In this document: positions 51,114-61,683 of the stretch, one piece after another
How the letters are laid out: each line of letters starts with the position of its first letter
Position numbering within the stretch: position 1 is the first letter of the stretch
Assembly: GCA_965217865.1 (NCBI GenBank)
Contig: CBDCJO010000002.1
Span: 4,576,001-4,640,000 of the forward strand
From: Candidatus Latescibacterota bacterium
GTDB lineage: Bacteria; Latescibacterota; UBA2968; SICM01
Direction: 5' to 3'
DNA: 64,000 bases
Program-made: the position numbers and the translations under genes
Notes under the pieces: model-generated
The model's input: only the letters and a program-made list of their open reading frames with translations
Database searches by the model: none
What the model was told of the DNA's origin: nothing

Positions 51114-51343
51114 ATGGGTCGATTGCCTTTTGACGATGATTGGGGTTATGGATGGATGTTTGGATCGCATACTTGAGGATATATAAAATCAACGCGAAGG
51201 TTTTCCGTGTAGCGTGTAGCGTCTCGAATTGTGGGAATGTGCTCGAAAGATGAGGTAGATAAGGGAAGTAGATCTAAGAGAAGATTTAGGAAGAATCTAT
51301 GGTTGGTAACGTTTACTATAGAGAATATGAAGGGATTTGTCAA
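51114..51343 (-). promoter_or_regulatory. rho promoter and C-rich/G-poor 5' leader (putative rut autoregulatory leader)
   Basis: TTGACA(51343)-17-TATAGT(51320); ~195-nt pyrimidine-rich leader. Confidence 0.6.
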
Positions 51344-51445
51344 GGGTTATTTATTGACCGCCGCATCAACAAGAAATCATCGGACCCTGTGATCCCGCAG
51401 GATTCGCGATCTCCTCGTCCCCTCCGGCGCTTTTAAACCTTCATC

Positions 51446-54127
51446 TCAGGAGGATCCGACAGCCCAAATTAAATCCCCTTCAATGCGTTTGAGCCGTTCC
51501 GGATCTTCGATCTTTTTCCCTGAACGGTCCGTCACATAAAAGGCATCTTCTGCCCGATCACCCTGTGTCCCGATCTTCGCCGTATAGATATCGAGCTCAA
51601 GATCGGACAGGGTCCTGGTGATCTTATACATGAGCCCGACAGCATCGGGGGTGAAAAGATCGATGACCGTGTATTTTTCTGATATGTTGTTTTCAAAGAC
51701 CACTCGTGTGGGTGCGGGAAGCGTGTTTTCTCGTTGCCTGGACCATCGGAGCGGTTTCTTTTTGAGCAGAGAGGCCACATCCTCCCGACCTTGAGAGACC
51801 GCGGTGAGCCGTTCCTCGATGCTCTTCTGTTGGTTTTTCGTGATCTTTGCTTTTCCATTCACATCGGTCACCTGAAATATGTCGAGCACAACGCCATCGG
51901 AACGGGTGTAGGCCAGGGCGTTGAAGATGTTGACGTCGTTGAGAGAAAGGATTCCGCATATTTCCGATAGTCGGTAGGGCTTGTCCATCGTGCAGACCGT
52001 GATCTCGGTGAAGACTTCCCCAACGCGAAAATCGATGGCTGCTGGCAGATCTTTCAGAAACCGTATCAGGTTGAGGTGGACTTCGACTCCCCGGGGATCT
52101 ACCGCAGGGATATAACGGTCAGGGAGCCCATCCAGATGATCGGTGACGGTTTTTCTTCCGAACTTCGGTGTGAGGGCTTCCACGATCTTCTGGGCCGCCC
52201 CCTCGTCCCTGGGTACGTGCGTCAGGACCTCGAGCGTCTTGTAGTACAGTTCCCAGAGGAGGTAGCCCTTCCAGGTGGTCCAGGCCGTCCTTGTGACGGC
52301 AGACAGGTCGGCATAGGTGAGCAGATAAAGCATCCGGAGTCGTTCCACGTCCTCAACCTGTCCGGCGAAGTCCGCGATGAGGGTCGGGTCGTTGAGATCC
52401 CTTCGCTGGGCGATATTTGACATCGAAAGATGGTTCTCGACAAGGAACAGGACCATCTGGGCATCGCGTTCGGGGGTCCCGATCCGGTCCAGAAATTCCT
52501 TTGCCATAGCGACTCCGACCTTGGTATGATCGTCCGATCGGGCCGATTTTCCCACGTCGTGCAAAAGGATTCCCAGTATGAGGAGATCCCACCGAAGAAT
52601 TTCTTCGGCCACTCCCCTGAGCAGGGAATCGGCCTCATTCTTTCCTTCAAGCAAGCGCTCAAGGTTTTCGATCGCGAGCAGGGTGTGCTCGTCGGCGGTA
52701 TAGATATGGTAAAGGTTGTACTGAACCAGGCCCGTCAGGGTTCCGAACTCGGGTATATAAGCGCCCAGGACACCCATATCGTGCATCAATCGAAGCGTTT
52801 TTCCGGCCCCGTGTCCTTCCGAGAGGATCCCGAAAAAAAGGTTTCGGGCTTTTTCAGAACAGAGAAGGTTTTCATCGATCAAGGAAAGATGAGCTCGGAT
52901 CTCCTTTTGCAGTTCATCGCTGATGCTCGCGTCAAAGCACTGACCGTTGTGGAAAACGCTCAGGAACCGCGTGGGGTCTTCATTGAAAAAATTGCCAGGA
53001 TTCCGGTTTGGTAGCTGGATCCGGTTCCCGACCAGAAAAGATTTATCGTCCAGTTTTCTCCGACTCAGATAGGAAACCGCCCGACGAACTTTGGTACTCT
53101 GACCGTCGAGACGGGTGCAGATCTGGCTCGAAAGCCGATTGATATTTCGGGCGTGGAGATAGTATTCCCTCATGAACCGCTCCACTCCCAGTTCACCATT
53201 TTTGTCTTTATATCCCAGTCGCTTCGCAACCATGGGTTGGATGTCGTGTTCAAGCACATCAACTCGCTTTTTTGCAGAAAAATGAAGTTCGTTTCTGATG
53301 CGCCACAGAAAGTCCTGGGCCTCCTCATAACTCTGATAGTCCTGGCTCGACACGAGGCCCGCCTCGATGAGCCCCTCCAGGGAGGGCCTCCCCCGGCTTG
53401 CGCGAAGGATCCAGGTCACGGTGTGGATATCCCGCAAACCTCCGGGGCTCTCCTTAATGTTGGGCTCGAGGAGATTAACGGTCATGCCGGCCTGGAGATG
53501 ACGTTTCCGGCGTTCCTCGATCTTGTCGTGGACGAAGGTTGAGGCTTTTGGGCCCAACAGGACCCCTTCCATGGTTTTCTCAAACCTGCTGAAGAGACGA
53601 TAATCGCCCGCGAGGTAACGGCCTTCGAGCATGGCCGTACGAGAGTCCGAATCGCGCCTGGCTTCCTCGATGCATTCTCCTATGGTTCTGGTGCTATGCC
53701 CGACATCGAAGTCGAGGTCCCACAGGAGGTGCAGGATATAACGCGTGATCGGATCCCCCTTCTGGTTCCGGCTATAAAGAAACAGGAGGTCCACATCGGA
53801 CCTTGGATTGAGGACACCCCGACCGTAGCCCCCCTGGGCGATGACCGCGTACCGTTCCACTCGACCTTCATGATCATCCAGCAGGGCCTGGCGATAAGCC
53901 TCCCCGATGATTGTATCGACAGCGGTGGTCCACTCTGCCACGACGTATCCTCCCAATGCCCCCCCTCGATGCATCTCGACGATGCGCGATCTTTCCGACT
54001 CCAGGAAGGATTTGAAGGCCCTGGACCGAAGCGCTTCCAATGCCTCAAGGTCGGCCGCGCCATTAGATTCGCATTCCCTTCGGATGGCATTGAGATTCTG
54101 TCTCAAGTGCATCCCCAAATTGCTCAC
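51446..54127 (-). CDS. glnD: [Protein-PII] uridylyltransferase
   Basis: [38 protein letters not shown] domain, two C-terminal ACT domains. Confidence 0.95.
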   Translation of the reverse strand: MSNLGMHLRQNLNAIRRECESNGAADLEALEALRSRAFKSFLESERSRIVEMHRGGALGGYVVAEWTTAVDTIIGEAYRQALLDDHEGRVERYAVIAQGGYGRGVLNPRSDVDLLFLYSRNQKGDPITRYILHLLWDLDFDVGHSTRTIGECIEEARRDSDSRTAMLEGRYLAGDYRLFSRFEKTMEGVLLGPKASTFVHDKIEERRKRHLQAGMTVNLLEPNIKESPGGLRDIHTVTWILRASRGRPSLEGLIEAGLVSSQDYQSYEEAQDFLWRIRNELHFSAKKRVDVLEHDIQPMVAKRLGYKDKNGELGVERFMREYYLHARNINRLSSQICTRLDGQSTKVRRAVSYLSRRKLDDKSFLVGNRIQLPNRNPGNFFNEDPTRFLSVFHNGQCFDASISDELQKEIRAHLSLIDENLLCSEKARNLFFGILSEGHGAGKTLRLMHDMGVLGAYIPEFGTLTGLVQYNLYHIYTADEHTLLAIENLERLLEGKNEADSLLRGVAEEILRWDLLILGILLHDVGKSARSDDHTKVGVAMAKEFLDRIGTPERDAQMVLFLVENHLSMSNIAQRRDLNDPTLIADFAGQVEDVERLRMLYLLTYADLSAVTRTAWTTWKGYLLWELYYKTLEVLTHVPRDEGAAQKIVEALTPKFGRKTVTDHLDGLPDRYIPAVDPRGVEVHLNLIRFLKDLPAAIDFRVGEVFTEITVCTMDKPYRLSEICGILSLNDVNIFNALAYTRSDGVVLDIFQVTDVNGKAKITKNQQKSIEERLTAVSQGREDVASLLKKKPLRWSRQRENTLPAPTRVVFENNISEKYTVIDLFTPDAVGLMYKITRTLSDLELDIYTAKIGTQGDRAEDAFYVTDRSGKKIEDPERLKRIEGDLIWAVGSS

Positions 54128-56494
54128 CCCCGTTTTCTTCCCATACGAGTCCCCTTCGCCTTCCCACCGCCTTTACCCCTGGGTTTCGGGGTAAGAACAA
54201 ATTCAAGGGCAGGTCCAACGGCCTGAACCGGAACAAACCGCATCTGTTTTCTGACTTTTTCCGGTAGCTGTTCGATGTCACCCATGTTGCGCCGGGGCAG
54301 GATAACCGCGGGGATTCCTGCGCGCTGGGCGGCCAGGACCTTTTCCTGGATTCCGCCGACCGGGAGGACCTTCCCACGCAGCGTGATTTCACCCGTCATG
54401 GCCACGTCGCTTCTGGCTGGCCTCCCGGAAAGGAGGGAGGCGATGGCGGCAGCAATGCTGATTCCAGCGGAGGGTCCGTCCTTGGGAACGGCGCCCGCGG
54501 GAAAATGAATGTGGATGTCGATTTCTTCGAAAACCCCCGCATCGATCCCGAGGGACTCGGAGTGGGAGCGGACATAGGTGAGGGCGGCCTGGGCGGATTC
54601 TCGCATGACATCACCCAGTTGTCCGGTGAGGATTACTCGATCCTGACCCCGCATCTGGATGGCTTCGATAAACTGGACCTGGCCCCCAGAGGTGGTGGCG
54701 GCAAGGCCTATGGCGACTCCGGGATCGCGGATGCTTTCTCTTCCGACGTCGAGGTAGCGGCGAGGTCCAAGGAATGTGCGAAGATTGGACGGTTTTACGA
54801 TGGGTTGCATCGACCTTCCCTCGGCCACCCGACGGGCCACCTTTCGGTAGATGGCTCCAATCTCCCGTTCGAGATTGCGAAGGCCCGCTTCCTGAGTGTA
54901 GCATCGAATGAGGGTCCTTGTCGCAGGACGGCCGATGCGGACATTCCGCGGGGTAAGTCCGTGCTCGCGGAGTTGCCTCCGGAACAGATGACGGTGCGCG
55001 ATTTCCACCTTCTCGTCCTCAGTATAACCTCTGATGTCCACCACCTCCAACCTGTCCCGGAGGGCATCGTGAATCGAGCCGAGCAGGTTGGCGGTTGTGA
55101 TGAACATGACCTTTGAGAGATCGAATGTGATGTCCAGGTAGTGGTCGACGAACGTGTGATTCTGCTGGGGGTCCAACACCTCAAGAAGGGCGGCGGCGGG
55201 ATCTCCTCGAAAATCCTGTCCGAGTTTGTCGATCTCATCGAGCATGAAGACCGGATTATTCCGACCCACCCTTCGGATGCCCTGCATGATCCTTCCAGGA
55301 AGAGCCCCGATGTATGTTCGCCGGTGCCCGCGGATGTCCGCTTCATCCCTCACCCCCCCCAAGGATATCCTGACAAACTTGCGGCCGAGGGCCCTTGCGA
55401 TGGATTGGCCCAGAGAGGTCTTTCCCACGCCGGGGGGGCCAACAAAGCAGAGAATCGGACCCCTGGCATCGGGTTTTAGCTGCCGGATCGCAAGGATTTC
55501 CAGGATCCGGTCTTTTACGGCATTCAGGCCGTAGTGGTCTTCATCCAGAATCTTGCGGGCAAAACTGATGTCGATCTGGTCTTCCGTTGAAAGATTCCAC
55601 GGCATGTTCACGAGCCAGTCGAGATAGGTCCGCGAAACGGCGTGGTCCGCTGCAAAGGGGTGCTGCCACCCAAACGCTCCAGTTCCCTCAGGGCTTCTCG
55701 TTGTGCTTCCTCGGGCATCTGCGCAGATTTGATACGATTTCGAAATTCCTCGATCTCCATCTCCCGTTCATCGCTTTGCCCAAGCTCATGTTGCAGGGCC
55801 CGAATCTGCTCGCGGAGATAGTGTTCCCGCTGACTCTTCCCCATCTCGCTTTGAACCTGGTTCTGGATCTTTCTTCCCAGTTCCAGGATCTGCAGCTCCC
55901 TGCTGAGCAGGACGGTCAGCCGCTCAAGTCGGAGCTTGATGTCGATATCCTCGAGCAGTGCTTGTTTCTCCGTGAGGCGGAGATTGAGGTGGAAGGCGAT
56001 GAAATCAGCGAGACGGCCCGGGTCATCCAGGTTGACGGCCAGGACCTTCAACTTCTCGGGGAGATATGAGACAAGGTCCGCCATGGTTTGAAACTGGTTG
56101 GACGCATTGCTGACAAGTGCATCGATCTCCACCCCCGGTTCAATCCTGTCGTTCACACGTTCTACCGAGGCGACCATGTAGGGTTCGGTTTGAACGACCT
56201 CCTTGATGACAATCCTTGAAAGCCCTTCTACGAGAATGCGAAGACTTCCATCCGGTAGCTTCCAAGTCTTATGGATGATGGCCGCCGTCCCGATTCCGAA
56301 AAGGTCGTCGGATGACAGGTCGACGGCATCGGGACTCCTCACGGTTACCATTCCGACAAGGCGGTCACCCAACATGGCATCGTCGATGAGCCGTGAGGAT
56401 AGATTACGGTGTCTCGGAGAGGGAAGATTCCGAGATGTTCCGGGATTTCGATTTTCCCGGTGGCGGCGTCTTGCGTTGGATCGATTTCTGTCAT
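54124..56494 (-). pseudogene. lon: Lon protease, frameshifted twice (near 56390 and 55665)
   Basis: PLRDTVIYP start, [32 protein letters not shown]; pieces lie in different frames. Confidence 0.85.
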
Positions 56495-56560
56495 GGCATA
56501 ATCGCTGGTTAAGGGTTGGTTGGTGGAGTTCGAAAAGACTTTACCGGTTTTTTACACGTG

Positions 56561-57805
56561 TTAATCCACAGGAAAACCTTTGGGCACGACAACGATTCCC
56601 TTTTCCGTTACTTTGAACCGACGCTGGTCCTGGACAGGATCGCACCCGATTCGGCATCCAGGAGGGATGATGACATCCTTGTCGATGATCGCCCGCCTTA
56701 CGTGGGCTTCTCGGCCCACATCCACCCCTTCCATCAAGATGGCATCTTCCACAACCGAATTCTTGTGGACACGGACACCATAAGAAAGTATAGAGCGCTC
56801 GACTCGGCCCCCCGCGAGGATACATCCCCCCGCGATTAGGGAGTTGCGGACGGAATTCCGCCGCTCCTCGCCCCCCTCTTCTTCGATGACCACCTTGGCC
56901 GGAGGATATTGCTCCTGATATGTCCGAAGGGGCCAGGCATTGTCATAGAGGTTGAACATGGGATCCATGGCCACCAGGTCCATGTTGGCTTCCCAATAGG
57001 TATCGATCGTCCCTATATCCCTCCAGTAGTTGACCTTACCCCGGTTTTTATCCTGGAACCGGTATGCGAATACCCGACCCCCGGAAACAAGGTCGGGGAT
57101 GATGTTTCTCCCGAAGTCGTGCGCGGTTTCCCGCTTGGAATCCTCGACCACGGACCGGACGAGGGTCTCGGTCCGGAAGATGTAAACCCCCATAGAGACC
57201 AGAGATCTATCCGGGTTGTCGCGCAGTGGACTGGGGTTGGTCGGTTTCTCTTCAAAACCCAACACGCGGGACGTTTCGTCGATCTCGACCACGCCCAAAT
57301 CCCGAGCCTGGTCGCAGGGCATTTCAACGCAGGCCAGAGTCAGGTCCGCATCCTTCTCCTCGTGATGGGTGAGCATCGGCGTGTAGTCCATTTTGTAGAC
57401 GTGGTCTCCGGAAAGGACCAGGACCTGCCTGGGTCTTTCCTGCTCGAGGGTATAAATGTTCTGGTAGATAGCATCCGCGGTGCCACGGTACCAACTTTCC
57501 CTGGTTCGGTGCTGCGGGGGAATGGTATATAGAAACTCTCCGAGTTCAGGACTGAAAATGTCCCATCCGAGGAGAAGGTGACGATCGAGGGAGATTGATC
57601 TGTACTGGGTCAGGAGGTTGATGCGACGGAGGTTTGAGTTGACGCAGTTAGAAAGGGTAAAGTCTATGATCCGGTAGATCCCGCCGAACGGGACAGCGGG
57701 CTTCGCCCTATCTCTGGTAAGCGGGTAGAGGCGTTCTCCTTGGCCCCCTGCCAGGATCATCGTCAGGGTGGTCCTCAGGAGGGAGATGAGGTCCGTATGA
57801 CGCAT
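56561..57805 (-). CDS. glgC: Glucose-1-phosphate adenylyltransferase
   Basis: ILAGGQGERL, RAKPAVPFGG, WYRGTADA, SGDH, EKP, SMGVY, DFG, YWRDIGT. Confidence 0.97.
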   Translation of the reverse strand: MRHTDLISLLRTTLTMILAGGQGERLYPLTRDRAKPAVPFGGIYRIIDFTLSNCVNSNLRRINLLTQYRSISLDRHLLLGWDIFSPELGEFLYTIPPQHRTRESWYRGTADAIYQNIYTLEQERPRQVLVLSGDHVYKMDYTPMLTHHEEKDADLTLACVEMPCDQARDLGVVEIDETSRVLGFEEKPTNPSPLRDNPDRSLVSMGVYIFRTETLVRSVVEDSKRETAHDFGRNIIPDLVSGGRVFAYRFQDKNRGKVNYWRDIGTIDTYWEANMDLVAMDPMFNLYDNAWPLRTYQEQYPPAKVVIEEEGGEERRNSVRNSLIAGGCILAGGRVERSILSYGVRVHKNSVVEDAILMEGVDVGREAHVRRAIIDKDVIIPPGCRIGCDPVQDQRRFKVTEKGIVVVPKGFPVD

Positions 57806-57808
57806 TCG

Positions 57809-58174
57809 TTACGCCCTTTCCCTTTTATCAAGGGCCAGCTTTATCTCCTTTTTGAGTTCTGTGAGGTCTGAGGACTTGACGACATAGGCATCGGCGGACC
57901 AGCTTGTAAAATTGTCCTTGTAGCTCGTGTAAGCGGTGTTCAGGATGACGGGCAACTGATGCTGCTTGCCCAGGATCCTCCCCATGGCTTCGATCCCGTC
58001 CATTCCGGGCATGCGGATGTCCAGGACGACCAGGTCGGGAGGGTCCTTTTCGACAAGATCGATTGCGTCGTGAGCATTGTGCGTCACGATCACCCGATAA
58101 CCTTCATCACCGAGCTCTTGTTCATATAACATGGCAAGGTTCTTGTCATCATCGACCACGAGAACGGTCATCAT
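57809..58174 (-). CDS. Single-domain response regulator (REC)
   Basis: VLVVDDD, VLDIRMP, NTAY, YVVK; RBS GGAGG. Confidence 0.9.
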   Translation of the reverse strand: MMTVLVVDDDKNLAMLYEQELGDEGYRVIVTHNAHDAIDLVEKDPPDLVVLDIRMPGMDGIEAMGRILGKQHQLPVILNTAYTSYKDNFTSWSADAYVVKSSDLTELKKEIKLALDKRERA

Positions 58175-58249
58175 GCATCCCTCCAAATGAGGATCAAAGG
58201 GTATGGAAGTCTGGCGCGTTTGAAGAGGCGTTCTTTTCGGATACTCCAA

Positions 58250-61200
58250 TCAAGAATCATTCCTTCTGATGGGCAGTCTGATGGTCACGGTCGCACCTGT
58301 GCTCTGTTTGCTCTCAATGGAGATGTTCCCTCCGTGATCCTCGACGATCTTGCGGCTGATGGCCAACCCGAGACCCGAACCGGACGCCTTTGTCGTGAAG
58401 AACGGGTCGAAGATCTGGTTAAGGGTCTCTGAGGGAATCCCGGTTCCCGTATCGGCCACGGACACTTCGACAACTCCTTCGTTTCGGAGGGTGGAAACCT
58501 TCAGACTCCCTCCACCGGGCATGGCCTGAAGGGCATTCTGTATCAGATTCAAAAGTACCTGTTTCATCTGGGCGGGGTCGGCCACGACACCCGGAAGATC
58601 GGGTTCCATCTGTTTCTGTACGAGGACACGGTCTCCGTGAAGGACCCCCTTGAACAGGCCGAAGACGTCCTCTACCAGCTGATTCATATCGGTTGGCTTA
58701 AGATCGGGCGGGGTGGGTCGGGTGAAGCTGAGGGTGTCTGCCAGGAGTTTTTCCAGACGCTCGACCTCTTCGACGACGGCCCGTGCGTTGGCCTGTACGC
58801 GATTTGGTTTGGTCCCTTTGGCGATGGCGCGTGCGAATCCCCCGATGGTGGCCAGGGGGTTGCGGATTTCGTGAGCCATATTGGCGGACATCTCCCCGAC
58901 AACGGCCAGACGCTCTGACTTGAGCAGGTCATCCTGGGCTTGCTGGAGTTTTCGATAGGCCTCTTCCAGCTCCTGAATCTTGTCGGCCAGCTGGGCGTAG
59001 ACCTCCGCGTTCTCAACGGCCATGCCCGCCTGGCTCGCAAAGCTCGTCAGGAGCTGAACGGCTTTGTCTGATATCGGACGACCGCTGTAAAGGTTGTCCG
59101 CGATGACCGCCCCGACGGCTCTCTGCTTGGCGATCAGCGGGACGCAGACGAACTCCGGGGAGTTCAGGAGGTCGCGGAGTTCGGGGTTAACGTCCGGGTT
59201 GTTGAAAGCGTCTTTCACGTGGGTCGAGCTTTTTTCCTCTACAGCTTTGACGATCAAGTTTGAGGACTCCGAAAGGGGTATGTTGATCCGGTGAGCCAAC
59301 CGGGTCATCGGTTGTTCGTCACGTTCGGAAATCCGATCGTAGCCCGTCAGGATATCTTCGATGGTGTCGGTCTGTCCTGCCAGATTCGGGAGGCCTCCTC
59401 GTGGCTTCCCGGGCCGACGCCCATCTTACCCTCGATGACGTTCCGCTGCCGGTCGATCAAGAGCAGGATAGCTCGGTTGAAGCCGAGGGCGGTCCCGGCC
59501 GTCACACAGGTGAGGAGCGCATAAAGAAGCCGATCCAGTTCCAGGATGCCCTGCATCGTCTCGCTTACCTGACGGAGCATCGACAGCTGGTAAGCCTGTT
59601 CGACAATCTCGGTGACGTCCTCGAAAACAACGAGGGCAAGGCGCTCCTGTTCCCTTTCAACAGGTGTGATGAAGACGTTGAAGACCCGGCTCAGAAATTC
59701 CTCGATCCGATGAACGTTCATCAGATTCACCGATTTGCCTTCACGGATTGCCGTTGATATCGGCTTCAGGACATCGTCCCGCAGAAGGATGGAATCCGGG
59801 GCCACCTCGTAGAGGTTCCGGCCCTCCACATCCTCCCGGTCAAGTTCTCTCCGCTCGCAGTAGGCGTGGTTGACGGAGACGATTGTCAAAGCCTTGTCCA
59901 GGAACAGAAGGGGCATCGGAATGGTGTCGATGACGTGTTCATCGAATTCCTTCAGAAATTTCATGTCCTGATAGTGACGGGCGTTCTCGACTGCGTTGGC
60001 GATAAGGCTCGCCAGGATCTCAAGCGAAGTGATGTCGGGTTCATCGAAGGCCGCCGGCCTCTGGCTCTGGACATCGATGGCGCCGATGGTCCGATCCCCC
60101 GACTTGATCGGTACGCAGAGTTCGGATCTCGTTTCCCGTTCTTCGGGGAAGGCCAGAATGCGTCTGGGTTCCATGGCCACATCGTTGGCCAGGAGGACTT
60201 CCCCGTTTAGGGCCACCCATCCCACGATGCCGACGCCCATTTTCTGGCGGTATCCTTCCGATAGGAATTCTCCATAAGCCCCTTCGTGACCCCTGAGAAC
60301 GAGCTCTTCCGTCGTATCATCTAGGATAAAGACACAGACGTCATGGTATTCAAAGTTTCGCTGGATGGACTCTGCGGAGACGTGCATCAAATGGTCCGGG
60401 TCCAGGGTGGAGGAGACCAGCTGGGCGATTTCGCTGACAAGTGTGAGCTGTAGCGAGCGTTTGCGTTCCAACTGCAGGAGGTGAGCGATCTCATTTCGCC
60501 GTCTCACCAGTTCTTTTTCGGATTCGATCCGGTGGCTGATGTCGGAGACGACTCCCATGCTCCCGACGAGGTTACCTGCGTCATCGCGGAGGGGGACGCC
60601 GGAGATGGAGACGGGAATTCTCGTGCCAGACTTGGTGGTCAACGCCACTTCGTAAACGGAGGCGTCCCCATGATTGAAATGGTTTTCCATCTCGGACGCG
60701 GTTTTGTCCATGCTCTCGTTTTTGTAGATTAGAGAGACGTGCTGGTTGAGGGCCTCCTCCTTCGTGTAACCCGTGATCTCCTCCATTCGCCTGTTGAAAA
60801 AAGTGAAGCGGGATTCCCGATCAACTGTGCTGATTCCTTCGTTCATGGTCTGGACCAGAGTGCCATACCGTTCCTCAAAGGCTCGAAGCTCTCCGGTCAG
60901 GCCCCGATAGCGCAGTCTGTAGTATAGATCACTCACGCCGATCACGCTCTCATCGCTGTGGGTTTCGACCAGGGTGCACGCGATGCTCAGGTTTTGTTGG
61001 TCCCCGGGATAGACAGCGATCAGGGTGTCGATGATGGCCCTTTTTAGGGCGATCTGGGCCCTGGAGAGGTCCGCGGCGGTAAGTCCGCTGCTGATGGCCT
61101 CCTGCATCCCGAAACCGCCGACCTTTTCGGACCTGTCCTCCGTGTCTTCGAGGTGGGTGGTGAGGAGGACGAGGAATACCTCGCCGACCTGTCGTTGAAG

Positions 61201-61356
61201 AAGGGGGGAAGGATGGGGGAGTCGGGCGATCCGCCCGATCCATCGCTCCAGGATTTCCTCACGATGGATCTGGAAAAAGTCGATCAGCTCTGCGACAAAA
61301 GGCCAGCTGGCCTCGAAGGCGGATCGGATCTGGATTTTGGGGGATGTATCTGGCAT
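58250..61356 (-). pseudogene. Multi-sensor histidine kinase (PAS/GAF/PAS/GAF-HisKA-HATPase) split by a frameshift near 59375
   Basis: ORF 59347-61356 (sensor part, ends mid-GAF) and ORF 58250-59308 (GAF end, AHEIRNPL, NLIQNA, GSGLGL) are contiguous in shifted frames. Confidence 0.8.
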
Positions 61357-61466
61357 GTGATCGCGTGGTATTGATCGGATCGAGGGTGTTGTTCGGGGTG
61401 AAGGGGCCAGAGGGAGAAAAAAACGGTCTTAAGCTGCGGGGGATGGGTTTGTCCTAACCCTGTCCA

Positions 61467-61495
61467 ATAATAGCAAGTACACTTTGAGATGTCAA
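61467..61495 (-). promoter_or_regulatory. sigma70-type promoter for the kinase-RR-glgC operon
   Basis: TTGACA-17-TATTAT on the minus strand. Confidence 0.55.
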
Positions 61496-61683
61496 GACAA
61501 TATGCTATTCAGAGTCGTCCTTATACTTAGGGATTCGAGAGTTGCCCCGGGACCATGGAGGGGGTATATTTAAAAAAAGGGGGGGGTCAGGATCAAGGGT
61601 ATAGGTTCCATGTTGGGAAGGAAGAAAGCCGGGGAAGGGTTAGGGCGGGCGGATTTATTTAATATCAATAATCCAATTTCTTT

